A stretch of 63,376 nt of DNA, the filler included, from Octopus bimaculoides (lineage: Eukaryota): NCBI RefSeq assembly GCF_001194135.2. It is 6 parts of 6 records of this genome, joined end to end, with 100 filler letters (N's around TTAATTAATTAA, not from the genome) between each part and the next. Parts side by side here need not be neighbours in the genome. Positions count along the whole stretch, not along the records: positions 1 to 29,207 come from NC_068987.1; 5 more parts are not named here. One strand, given 5' to 3'. The position numbers and the translations under genes are program-made. Shown piece after piece: positions 12,621 to 29,180 of this stretch (positions within the stretch are counted from its first letter, which is position 1; each line of letters opens with the position of its first letter). The notes beneath the pieces are model-generated. The model ran no database searches. It had not been told where the DNA came from and saw only the letters and a program-made list of their open reading frames with translations.

Positions 12621-12989
12621 ACAGTAGCCTCAAGACTTGTTTGGTACACAAATGTTTAAAAAAGAATAATAATTAAATATTACCCATACCAACCATCAAA
12701 ACAATTTAAAAGATAGCTAAAAAATTACATGCTGCCTCATTTATCACTCATCTGAGACAACATGGTATATTCAGTTGTGAACTATGTTATGCTTTGCATT
12801 GCTCTGTGATAACATGATTTGCTGATCAAAGAAGGGCTCTGCTTGCACCACAAAAAACATACCCCTGTGACTACCCACAATGCTCAGCCACTCAGAATGC
12901 ACTGACTATCGTTTGTGTTTGCATGACTATGCTGCAAGTTTGCATATTTCCTATGGATTTACATACTTGTACCTATGAATGTGAGACTA

Positions 12990-13150
12990 TTAAACAGAAA
13001 AAAATATGAAGGTGGCCAATCTTAACAAACAAGTCAGATGAATGTATTCTCTACAAGAAAATATGTGATAGTAGATGCAGTGTTGCTGTGGACCATGAGT
13101 TAGGTATCAATAAATCTACTATTTGCTACATTTACAAATTGCATGAAAAT
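12990..13150 (+). mobile_element. Possible Tigger/pogo transposase N-terminal HTH relic
   Basis: SRCSVAVDHELGINKSTICYIYK resembles the CENP-B/psq HTH pattern (..VARH..INESTV..I.K); by eye only. Confidence 0.35.
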
Positions 13151-14455
13151 TATTAATTTATCTCTGTAGTTTTTTGGAACTAAAACCCACTTGATAAACA
13201 AGGATAGGTATATTACCTAGATACTAAAAATAAAGGCAGATAGAATAAATCTGGATTGCAAAATGATTTTTAAACAAAGCTTTCTTCAATAAATTATTGA
13301 TTTCTTACAATTTCTGACAGTTTCCACAATAAAATATTAAAATTATTTCCTGCAGCAGAATAATTGCTCATTTTAGGGAGACCATTAATTAGAATGATTC
13401 TATAATTCATTAAGGTTTGTTACTTGTAGCAATTTGACTCAGGTTTGCAAACTAATTATAAACCATTGACAAGCTACTTCAAATATATTACTGTAATAAA
13501 ATTCTCTTTTGTTCATCAATTCCTCTTGTGTTTCCTCAAGCTAGAGTTACAGTTAGATTTTTTTTCATTATGAAAGATGGTAATAAAAACAAGAATGTTG
13601 AGAAAGTAGTGTAAGCCAAGCTGATTTTCTGCTGTCAGATAAAAGAATATATAAACAGAAAGAGCAGTTTTTAAAGCAGCATCAACAAAATCCATAGAAC
13701 TACACACAATCACTTAGAATTCCTAAACAAAATTCACCTTTAAGACACATTAAGAGAGCATAATTCTGTAATCTCTGGATTTAGAAGTACCATAAGCATT
13801 ATGGAAGGGGAAGTAAAAAATGCTTGAACACTGTGATATTGGAAAGGTTAAAGTTTGTTAGCTTTTTCACCAAAAATTGGTGGAGTATACATGTAAATGA
13901 ACATTTATTTCTAATACAACATTACGAAACTCTTCCAGAAATATCTGTGACAATACTTTCTCTCTCACTACTTGTTGTACACCATCTTTTTTTCTTTAAT
14001 AATAATAATAATAATTTGATGATTTTTATATAACTTTTTAGTTATCTGAATCTATTTACCAGAAAACAAGACATTTCTAGGTGTTCTCTGCAAAAACTAC
14101 ATAATGATGCTTGTGTGCATTCAATTGTTTGAGAGCTAAATACTCCTCTGCAACAGCTCGTATTTTCTTTTTGGTTTCTTTTTCGTTTTCTTTTTCGTTT
14201 TTTTATTCTTTCTCTGATATAGAGTAGCTGACTGGATATCGTTCTCATTGTAACTAGAAGTAAGAGAGATGGTCATTTGTGTGGAGTGAAGTAGTTGTTG
14301 CATGAAGAGAAGGCAAACAATGAGACAAACTAAATATCATCAACACTTAGGTTTGTAGCTATTTATCAATCTGCTTAACTCTCTGTATGGTGGTGGCGGC
14401 TCACATGTGCTGTCTACCTGCACATTGACGTAGATGGTAATAAACATATATACAT

Positions 14456-14488
<33 letters not shown>

Positions 14489-15002
14489 CATACATACATA
14501 TATATATATATAACTATATGCAAAGCCAGCATCGCACATATCTTTACATAACGTATATATGCATGTATATTTATGTCTGTTTTGTGTGTATATCTATGTA
14601 TATATGGATATACATAGAAAGATAACAGAAGCCAGTGAGGATATACATACATGCATACATATATATGTGTATGTTTGTGAGTATGTCTGTGTGTATGTGT
14701 GTCTGTATTCTCATACCTATATTCACATATATGTGGGTATTTATATATGAATGCACACACACCACACACACATACCACACACACACACACACAGATATTC
14801 TCATTTAAACATAGACACACAAACGTGTATATGTGTGTACATAACAGATGCACATATCTGTATATGCAAATATTCCCTTATTCATATGTGTAACATATGG
14901 ATATCTGCAGGCATGAATATATATGTATGTAAATATGTACATTATATAGCTGTATATATTCATGCATACACAAGTGTGTGTGTTTGTGCGCTTGTGTGTG
15001 TG

Positions 15003-15045
<43 letters not shown>

Positions 15046-15295
15046 ATCTACTCATGTGCATATCATAAAAGATGCTGAACCAATGCAGTATCCTTGTTTA
15101 TTTTGAAATGATAACCGTGAAAGAGAATTTTCANNNNNNNNNNNNNNNNNNNNNNNNNNNNNNNNNNNNNNNNNNNNNNNNNNNNNNNNNNNNNNNNNNN
15201 NNNNNNNNNNNNNNNNNNNNNNNNNNNNNNNNNNNNNNNNNNNNNNNNNNNNNNNNNNNNNNNNNNNNNNNNNNNNNNNNNCGCTTGTGTGTGTG

Positions 15296-15338
<43 letters not shown>

Positions 15339-16198
15339 ATCTACTCATGTGCATATCATAAAAGATGCTGAACTAATGCAGTATCCTTGTTTATTTTGAA
15401 ATGATAACCGTGAAAGAGAATTTTCAGTATTTGTTGAATGTAATGTATGCCAGATTTTCTTTAATCTTAGCCTATCAAAAGTAATCTCTGCTATTGTCTA
15501 ACACCCTGTGGAAAAAAGCATTGGCTGTTTACAAAAACAGCAAAACATCTGTGAAAGTTCAGTGAGTAAAAAGGTATAAAGGATGGTTGATATTAAGAAA
15601 GCATTTTTGATGATTTAAATCTCTTCATTTTTTTCTTTTATAACTTCAATATTTCATCCAATTTCCAGTGTTCTTCACGCATGTAGCCTTTTGATTGTTG
15701 ACCCTGTCACATTTCCTTCTAACTTAGAAACAAAGCAGAAAATTTATCAGAGATGAATAAGAATCTGCGATGTTCATTCCTTTCTTTAGATATGTGAAGT
15801 GAATTAGCTTTATTCTGATATAAAGGAAAAAAACTTTCTACTTTATGAAATGTTTCACCAGAAGCTCACCTCTCTTGGTTTTTATACGGAAGCTATATAT
15901 TTTACAACATAGTGTTGATCTCTAGTCTGTTTCCTACTTTTACAATATTCTAGTGGAGCCTTTCTTCTGTTCTGTTGTGCTTACTAATTGATGTTTATCA
16001 ATCAGGATCTGACAAACTGCAGGACTGTATCGAGATCCAGTGTCAGCTTTGCTATGGTTTCTTTGTCCAGATGTTATTTTTAATGCCAACCACTTTGCAG
16101 TGTGTACTGGATGCTCTTTCATGACACTAACATTTGGTGAAGTCACAAAGTAACTTGCAAGACAAAGAAAAGAAAATGCTCTCCCGAATGGGAATGTA

Positions 16199-17252
16199 TT
16201 GGGTTGGCAACTAAGTTCCAGCCTTTTTTGTTTTTTTAATTTTGGAATTTATTGCGTTTTTAAATTTTGGAATTTATTTTTTCGAGAATTCTATTTTTGA
16301 ATCATTTTGGANNNNNNNNNNGTTCTGGCCGTCCAGTTGAGTTCGATGAAGAGTGATTAAACCAACTTTTGCATGAAAATTCTTGTCAAATGTCAAGGGT
16401 CTGGTAGAGGAAATGGAATGCTCCCACACTGCTATAGAGAAGCATCTTCATTCGATGGAAAAGGTTCAGAAGTATAGAGCATGGATTCTGCATGCTTTAA
16501 GTGACAACAACAAAAATCAATGAGCCACAATCTCCGCTGGTTTGCGTGCTCGTCATCACTCAACTCATGGACAAAAGCAACGATTTCTTTACCGAATCGT
16601 TACTGGCGACGAAAAATGGTGCCTGTACATCAATATGAAGCAGCGTAAGGAATTGCTTAGCCCCGGTAAACAAGCGACACCGCACGTGAAACAAGATCTT
16701 CATCCGTGTAAAATGATGTTGTGCATATGGTGGGTCTGGGAAGGGATTATCCATTACGAATTGCTTGAATGGAACCAAACGGTCAACGCGGAACTCTATG
16801 TTCAACAGATAGAATGACTCAACCCGGCTATTCAAGAGAAAAGACCTAATCGGCAGTATGGAGTTCTTCTGCTGCACAACAACGCTCGTCCTCATATCGC
16901 CAATATAACTAAGCAAGCCATTCAAACACATGGCTGGGAAATGCTGCCACACCCGCTGTAATCTCCTGATTCGGCACCAATGGATTTCTACCTCTTTCAA
17001 TCTCTTTCAAATGCTATGTGCGGAATTTTGTTCAATACTGATGTAGAATTGTGAACTTAGTTGGATCAATTTTTCGAGTCGAAATCGGGTGATTTCTACC
17101 AACGAGGTATTGAAAATCTTGTTGAACATTGGGAAGAAGTTGTAAACAACAAGGGTGAATACACTATTGATTAATTAGTTGTTATTTTTTTTATTAAACA
17201 TTTAAAAAAATTTTAATTTAAAAAAACGACAGGAACTTAGTTGCCATCCTAA
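16199..17252 (+). mobile_element. Mariner (DD34D) transposon with both TIRs; transposase pseudogene
   Basis: TIRs TTGGGTTGGCAACTAAGTTCC and GGAACTTAGTTGCCATCCTAA, TA on both sides (16197-8, 17253-4); motifs WILHAL, TGDEKW, LHNNARPH, SPDSAPMD; in-frame stops; N gap in the 5' part. Confidence 0.95.
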
Positions 17253-17384
17253 TACTTGAAGGAAGAAGGAGGTGGCCTTATCACCTCCAGTCAAACCATC
17301 CAATCCATACCACCATGGAAAACGGACGTTAAATGATGATGATGATGGTGGTGGTGGTGGTGGTGGTGGTGGTGGTAGTTTTCT

Positions 17385-18060
17385 GTAAAATGTCAGCCTC
17401 TTATACCAATATCCAACTATTAGATCCATCACAGGTACCTTCCCATGATGCAGTTTGCCTACAGCCATGATGAAATTTCCAGGTCAACTGTATTTGTTTT
17501 ATTGTTGGTACATTATTTTCACCTTACTGTAATTAGCCATGTTGCATTAAGGTTGAAATCCCTATTTTCATTCCAGATTTTCAACCAAAATGATTCAAGA
17601 TCTTGAAAGGGGGCCTTTCTTAATGATAATACTGTCCTTCCTTGTCTCTCTGTATAATGTCTTCTGTAGGTTAGATGCAAACTTGTGATTTATACAGGCT
17701 CGTTAAAAAATTCACCTGTGATAACAAAGATTTTTGCTCAGGCACCCTGAGTTCATGTTTTAAAGTAATTAACATTTCCTCAAGAGCTTGGTGTGAAGAA
17801 TCACCACAGAGTTTTATTAATTTATTCATAAGATGTAATGGATGAGGTGTAAACTCATTATTCCTCTTACGTTTTATTATCTTGGTTAACCATCCAGTAT
17901 GGTGGCAGATTGTTGATGTTTTCTTCAAGTTTTGTTTTCCATCCTGGTTGCTTCCATTTAATAGTTTCATTACTGTATACACAGCAGATTTCCCTTCGGT
18001 GTTCTTTAAGAGTTATAGCAGCTCTGTATATAAGGGTATTAATATTCCAGTAATTAACAT
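17385..18060 (-). mobile_element. R4/Dong-like LINE fragment upstream of the RT domain
   Basis: NTLIYRAAITL...KQPGWKTKLEENI...TLKHELR...ESFWLKIW...AVGKLHHGKVPVMDLIVGYWYKRLT across shifted frames. Confidence 0.75.
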
Positions 18061-18384
18061 CATGTGTGTGTGTGTGTGTGTGTGTGCGTGTGTGTGCACG
18101 CGCATGTGCATGCACATATGATTGTGTGTGTTTGTTTAAATCTGTACTTCTCTGTAAACCACTGAGCTACAAACAGTAATATCACTGGGTCATCTACCAA
18201 CTTTGGAGACATGTGAAATAAGATATCCCTTACTTAAAAAACAGGTAAGAGTTAGTGGCATGAAGGGTGTGTGACTGTAAAACACTGCCTCAAAAATCTA
18301 TTCTTCTAACCCATGCTAGCATGGGAAAATGGACATAAAAACAGATGGATAAAAAATATATTCTTTTACTAGGCATAGTCATAG

Positions 18385-19170
<786 letters not shown>

Positions 19171-20125
19171 GAGAGATAGAATATTTTATTTGATAAAGTC
19201 ATTGGACAGCTGAAACGTTGCCAGAAGTTTTTTAGTTGAGACAATCAACCGAGCATTAATTTTTTGTTGTATCTGATACTTATTCTATTGCCGGCTGAAC
19301 TTCTAGACTACAGCCACATAAATCATCTGACACTGATTGTCAGGTGATGAGAAACAAACAAAAAAGACATGGACATACACACACATACACACACACACAC
19401 ACATGCACACATACATACACAGCAGCATCATTTAACGTCATTTAACCCATTCTTGCATGGGTCAGATGGAGTTTATTTTACACATATTTTTCAATGACCA
19501 AAACTCCTTCCTGTTGCCAACCTTTGTCTGTTTCCAAGAAATGACATGCTCTCACAGAACATTGGAAATGAATGACACTGCTTGTCGGGCAGTTACACTC
19601 ATTTACAAGTATAGCATAGTGCCAAAGCAAGGAGACACAAACATACACACATATATTTATTGATACATGTATGTACATATATATATATATGATCCCCATT
19701 CTTATTCTCTTCTGGCACTCCAAACTATAGTTGGGATATTTTCTTTCTAAGTTCATTCTGCTACAATAATAGCAGCAAATAATTTTTTCCTTCTCTAGTT
19801 CTGATGAAATATTTGCTAAAAATAATAATGGAGTATCCTGTATGTTGAGAACCTATATTATGCATCCAAAGATGGCGATGTATTTCGAATTGATATAATG
19901 TTTGCATTGTTCAATTGAATGGAGCTGCCTGGAACAGCCGTAATACACTAATACCTTGACATCCTTGTTACTTATTTGCTTCACCTTACTTTGAGCAGTG
20001 CAGATAATACCGGACTGACTTGGTGCCTCAACTTTAGTACCTAATTCAACTGAATCTTAATCATTTCTTAAATAAATAGATAGATTTATCTTTCTATTTC
20101 TTAAATAAATAGATAGATCTATCTT

Positions 20126-20188
<63 letters not shown>

Positions 20189-20359
20189 GTATATATGTAT
20201 ATATATGGGAGGATTTACGAAAAAAACAACAACAGACTAGGACAGGTGGTGTAAACAACAAAAGGATGTATTAGTTTAACGCTCGGGAATANNNNNNNNN
20301 NAAAAAAAAAAAAAAAAAAAAAAAAAGATGAAGGCAGGATTTATGTGGCTGTATAAATC

Positions 20360-20426
20360 ACAAGCATACTAGCATCGGTTGTCAAGCAATGATGCAGGGA
20401 CAAACACAGACACAAATAACAAATGC

Positions 20427-20461
<35 letters not shown>

Positions 20462-20464
20462 CAT

Positions 20465-20499
<35 letters not shown>

Positions 20500-20615
20500 C
20501 AAGAATAAGGGCAGGGAATCGTCAATTAATAATAGAATTAATAATTAACAATTTTGCCAAGTATGAAAAAACCTTTATCGGTAAAACCATTTATCATCAT
20601 AAATATACCATTTAT

Positions 20616-20651
<36 letters not shown>

Positions 20652-20815
20652 GATGGGCTTCTTTCATTTTCCATCTACCGAATCCACTCACAAGGCTTTG
20701 GTTGGCCCGAGGCTACAGTAGAAGACACTTGCCCAAGGTGCCACACAGTAGGTCTGAACCCGGAACCATGTGGTTGGGAAGCAAGCTTCTTACCAGACAG
20801 CCACGCCTGCGCCTG
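20360..20815 (-). mobile_element. SINE family A with expanded internal microsatellite
   Basis: 3' module AGCATCGGTTGTCAAGC at 20372; head ...CAGCCACGCCTGCGCC ending near 20815. Confidence 0.8.
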
Positions 20816-21624
20816 TATAATATAATGTAACATAATACAGTGTAAATATAATATCATCATCATCATCATTTAACATCTGTTTTATATGTACACAGAAGCA
20901 TACACAATTACACACAATAACACATGCATGCACACACACACACACACACAAACACATATATTGGAGAGGAGTTGGAGAGAGACTTACAGACAAGGTATAC
21001 TTATCTCTGAAGCTTTCAGAATTTACTGTTTGAGCTGTCATTTTCAACAATGAAACATCATAAGAACAGATGGTTGAAAAATGTTGAGAATTAGGGAAAC
21101 ACACATAAAAACAACCACACACACACACTTCAGTTAGAGAACAGTAAAAAGAGTTAGAAAAAAAATTCTTTAAATTATAAAAAAAATCAGCAGAAAAAAA
21201 GCGTCTATTTTCAGAGAAGGTTAGTCTCAGAATTCTTTAATGATTTTAATTCATCAATATGTATATATATGTATGAACTAAAAGAAAATAAAGAAATGTC
21301 CTCTTTAGTGCCGTCTCTAAGTCAAAACCCAAACCACTCCTAAATGGTAAATACAGCACTGAAGTAATGAACAAATTAACTACTTCCCTCTCTTATTAGT
21401 TCCACCATTTCATGAGATAGAAAATGTAAGACAAAGAGAGAATGAAGAAGAGAGAGAGAGAGAGAGTGAAGAAGAGAAAGTGAAGGAGAGAGTGAATAAG
21501 AGAGAGAGAAGTAGAGAGAGTGAAGGAGAGAGAATGGTTCATTGGCAGACAAGTTTGTTGGAAACCATTTTAATATAGGGGTTGGAATGTCTATGTGGTT
21601 ATGAAGCTTGCTTGCAACCGGTGG

Positions 21625-22045
21625 ATTAGGGGTTCTGTAGCTGTATGGTAAGAAGTTTGCTTCTCAACCACATGGTTCTGGGTTCAGTCCCTCTGTGTAG
21701 CACCTTGAGCAAGTGTATTCTTTAGACAGGCCAACCAAAGCCTTGTGAGTGGATTTGGTAGATGGAAACTGAAAGAAGCCCATGGTGTATATGCACACAA
21801 ACACACACACACACACACACACACGTATGTAACTATATATGCTTCTGTGTTTTAGTTTGTTCCCACTATCATCGTTTGACAAGCAATTTTGGTTTGTTTA
21901 TGTCCCTATAACTTAGCAGTTTGGCAAAAAAAACTGATAGAATTAGTACAAAACTTGAAGGAAAAAAGCAGATACTGGGGACAATTTGTTTGACTAATCC
22001 TTTCAAGGCAGTGCCCCAGCAAGGCCACAACCCAAAGTCTACAGC
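21625..22045 (+). mobile_element. SINE family A, near full length
   Basis: GTAGCTGTATGGTAAGAAG...GAAAGAAGCCC-(CA)n-...AAGGCAGTGCCCCAGCAAGGCC. Confidence 0.85.
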
Positions 22046-22575
22046 AAGTAAAACAAAAAAGATATTCTGTATCTCACATATGTGCTTTTTGTTTTTCTGT
22101 TTATTTATTGATTTCTTTATTTATTTATGTATTCATTTATGTGAAAATGGTAAGGTGTTGTTTGAGGGAAATTTGAATGCTATCTCCAACGTTTCAATCA
22201 ACTACTTAATGACGCCCTCATTATCTCATCCGCACATTAGTTTGAACTTCTGTATCATTATAATTTGATGTCATACATGGCATTAGCTTGAACTATTAAT
22301 TCATTAACTTGAACTAATATTGCTTAATGATTTAGCTTGAAGTATGATTGTAACTTTGGGGTAGAATCACGAATAGATTAAATATATTATTTATATTAAC
22401 AAATTAGTCGAGTAATCTTAAGTAGCCATTATAGATAATATAGAATATAAGCTAGTAATGCATATTTACGTAATTATTCTCTTATGGATCTATTCATATA
22501 ACATAGAACTTGAATTCGTTAATAACTAAACCATATTGGTCATTACTAGATTTAAATTGTGTTCTACATATTAAG

Positions 22576-25990
<3,415 letters not shown>

Positions 25991-26011
25991 CTGTTTAGCT
26001 TACTCTTTACT

Positions 26012-26232
26012 CTTTACTCTTTTACTTGTTTCAGTCATTTGACTGCGGCCATGCTGGAGCACTGCCTTTAGTCGAGCAAATCGACCTGAGGACTTATTCT
26101 TTGGAAGCCTAGTACTTATTCTATCAGTCTCTTTTGCCAAACTGGTAAGTTACGGGGACGTAAACACACCAGCATCAGTTGTCAAGCGATGGTGGGGGGA
26201 CAAACACAGACACACAAACACACATACATATA

Positions 26233-26291
<59 letters not shown>

Positions 26292-26455
26292 ACGACAGGT
26301 TTCTTTCAGTTTCCATCTACCAAATCCACTCACAAGGTTTTGGTCGGCCCGAGGCTATAGTAGAAGGCACTTGCCCAAGATGCCATGCAGTGGGACTGAA
26401 CCCGGAACCATGTGGTTGGTAAGCAAGCTACTTACCACACAGCCACTCCTGCGCT
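26012..26455 (-). mobile_element. Full-length SINE family A (bipartite, internal (TA)n)
   Basis: Head GCGCAGGAGTGGCTGTGTGGTAAG (A-box), GGTTCAGTCCC (B-box), CTTGGGCAAGTG CORE-like start, internal microsatellite, 3' module, (AAAAGAGT)n tail. Confidence 0.95.
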
Positions 26456-26474
26456 TGGGAAAAATTATTTAATG

Positions 26475-26760
26475 TTAACCCTTTTGTTACTATATTTCTG
26501 TTGAAATATGCTGCCTTTGTTTTAATTAATTTAAAAAATAACGAAAAATTTAATGAAATAACTCTGTCATTATTAAGTTGGTATTTAATGTCGTGAAGGT
26601 CAATTTTTGCCTTTCATCCATTTCAGGGGTCAATGAAATAAGTACCAGTTGACTACTAGGGTCACTATAATTGACAAGCCCCTCCCCCTGAATTTCAGGC
26701 CTTGTGCCTATCGTAGAAAGGATTATTAAGTTGGTACTTGGAACGTAAATTAACATGCTC
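26475..26760 (+). mobile_element. MITE-like element (TTAACCCTTT start) with a nested 5'-truncated SINE B at 26584-26721
   Basis: 15-bp direct repeat ATTATTAAGTTGGTA at 26569-26583 and 26722-26736 flanks the SINE. Confidence 0.65.
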
Positions 26761-27215
26761 GAAATTTTGGGAGAGGGAGCCAGTCTATTAGATCGACCCA
26801 GTATGCAACTGGTACTTAATTTATTGACCCTGAAAGGATTAAAGGCAAAGTTGACCTTGGTGGAATTTGAACTCAGAACGTAAAGACAGCTGAAATACGG
26901 CTAAGCATTTCGCCCGGCGAGCTGGCAGAAACGTTAGCACGCCAGGCGAAATACTTAGCGGTATTTCATCTATCTTTACATTCTGAGTTCAAATTCCGCC
27001 GAGGTCGACTTTGTCTTTTCATCCATTCAGGGTTGATAAATTAAGTACCAGTTGTGTACTGAGATCGAACTCATCAACTGCCACGCCCCCCCCCTCCCGC
27101 TCCCCAAAAATTTCGGACCTTGTGCCTAGAGTAGAGAAGAAGTGAGAAAGAGAGGCGAAATACCGCTATGCATAACGCCCGGCATGCTAATGTTTCTGCC
27201 AGCTCGCTGCCTTGG
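26745..27215. mobile_element. Head-to-head inverted SINE family B copies plus an extra reverse head
   Basis: Minus copy ~26745-26919 fused at GGCG (26916-26919) to plus copy 26916-27135; third head fragment ~27155-27215. Confidence 0.9.
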
Positions 27216-28364
27216 GGCTGGCACAAATATTGCCAGGCATTGTTCTGAGGATATGAAGTGTTTTGACACTGCTATTTTGGTGCCATTTCTTTGGCATTAC
27301 TGATTCAATGCTGACTAATTTGACATCAGACATTTTTAATGTTTCTCTCATTTTAATGCTTCTCTTCTTCCAGCTTTCTCCCCCACCCACCTCTGTTTCT
27401 CTTTCGCATTTCTCTCTTTGTGTATGCGGGTGAGAATATTTCTTTTTGTGTGTTTGAGGGGAGGGAAAGCGTTTATGCCCATCATTTTCAATTAATGAAT
27501 TAAAATGTCTCTTTCTCTCTCTTTCCCTCTTTCTTTCTCTTTCTTTCTATCTCTACTTGGATATTTCTACACACACATGCATGTGTATGTATCAGTGTGT
27601 GAGTGAGTGTGTATATGTGTGTGTGGGTGCACTTGTGTGTGTCCATATGCATGAGATGTGTGCGAGTGCATGTGTGTATGAGTGTGTGTATGTGAGTTTG
27701 TGTGTGTATGTATGAGCATGTGTGTGTGTGTGTGTGCGCGTGCATGCACTTGTGTGTTCATGCATGCATGTGTATGCATGCATGCACTTGTGTGTTCACA
27801 CATGCATGTGTGTGTGGTTCACCTCCAGCAGCAAATGATGCTGTCACCAAAGTGGGTTCAACATCCAGCCAGCCATGCCAAACATCCAGCCTCCAAAACA
27901 GCTGCTTCCATTCAATTCATTCTTTTTCCTGATGCTGTAACAATTCTGACAAGCCTCTACCCAAATTTTCAACTAAGGAATAAAAGACAAACATTTTCCA
28001 ATTGAAATCTAATATGATTTTTTATAATAATAAAATTTTATTCCCTCATTTAAAATTAAATTTGAGCACATTAATGGAAGCAGTTTCAGACAGGTTGAAT
28101 TTAAAAGGGTCAAAAGCAGAGATCAACAATGCCAACTGCTAAGTCAAGGAACAGAATGAATAATGTTCCCTACCAAAAACTAATTTAATAATGATAATTA
28201 TCTTTACAGTACTAAGCAACTAGGTACCATTAGATACCATTTTATGGAGGAACAAAATTTAGTTCACTAGAGACTAACTTTTAAGGTACTAACGTCTTCA
28301 ATTATATTTTCATCCTTGTTGATTTTATGTATGCACACATGTATTTAAGTATGCATACTTATAT

Positions 28365-28526
28365 GTAGGTGCAGGAGTAGCTGTGTGGTAAGAAGCTGGC
28401 TTCTCAGCCACATGGTTCCAGGTTCAGTCCCACTGCAAGGCACCTTGGGCAAGTGTCTTCTACTATTGCCTTATGAATGGATTTGGTAGACAGAAAACTG
28501 GAAGAAGCCTGTTGTATATGTATATG

Positions 28527-28567
<41 letters not shown>

Positions 28568-28770
28568 TTGTGTGTCTATGTTCTCGCACTATCGCTTAAC
28601 AACCGATTTTGGTGTGTTTACATCCACATAACTTAGCAGTTCAGCAAAAGAGACTGATAGAATCAGCACTAGGCTTACAAGGAATAAGCCCTGTGGTTGA
28701 TTTATTCGACTAAGGATGTTGCACCAGCATGGCCACAGTCAGATGAATGAAACAAGTAAAAGAATATATA
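28365..28770 (+). mobile_element. SINE family A, full length
   Basis: GTGCAGGAGTAGCTGTGTGGTAAGAAG...CCAGCATGGCCACAGTCAGATGAATGAAACAAGTAAAAGA. Confidence 0.9.
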
Positions 28771-28889
28771 TATATATATCTTTTATTCTTTTACTCGTAT
28801 CAGCCATGTGGCTGCGGTCATGCTGTGTGTATATACTATATATATATATATATATAGTATATTATTATGATTGACCGTTGACTGAACAC

Positions 28890-29045
28890 TATTCAATTTT
28901 TTTTCTCCGTGTTTTTCTCCTTGTCTCCGTATTCTTTCTGTTGAAGAGCGTAGCTCGAAACGTCAAAGACTTTCCATATTCCCGAGCGTCATACTAATAT
29001 ATCCTTTTGTTATTTACACCACCTGTCCTCGTCTGTTGTTATTAT
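28890..29045 (+). mobile_element. Penelope-like terminal repeat fragment (a reverse partial copy lies at ~20215-20290)
   Basis: CTGTTGAAGAGCGTAGCTCGAAACG followed by TTCCCGAGCGT...TTTACACCACCTGTCCTCGTCTGTTGTT, which recurs reversed at 20228-20290; Penelope assignment is inferred from the hammerhead motif. Confidence 0.5.
28933..28969 (+). ncRNA. Minimal type I hammerhead ribozyme-like motif, variant core
   Basis: Stem I TCTTT/AAAGA; core CTGTTGA(A); stem II GAGC-GTA-GCTC; GAAA; palindromic ACGT stem III; GUC cleavage triplet. Confidence 0.6.
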
Positions 29046-29057
29046 TTGTATATTCTC

Positions 29058-29094
<37 letters not shown>

Positions 29095-29102
29095 CACACA
29101 CG

Positions 29103-29180
<78 letters not shown>

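Noticed and set aside
14989-15426. ~145-bp direct repeat on both sides of an N gap
   Set aside because: Near-identical contig ends across a gap: most likely unmerged overlap or allelic haplotypes
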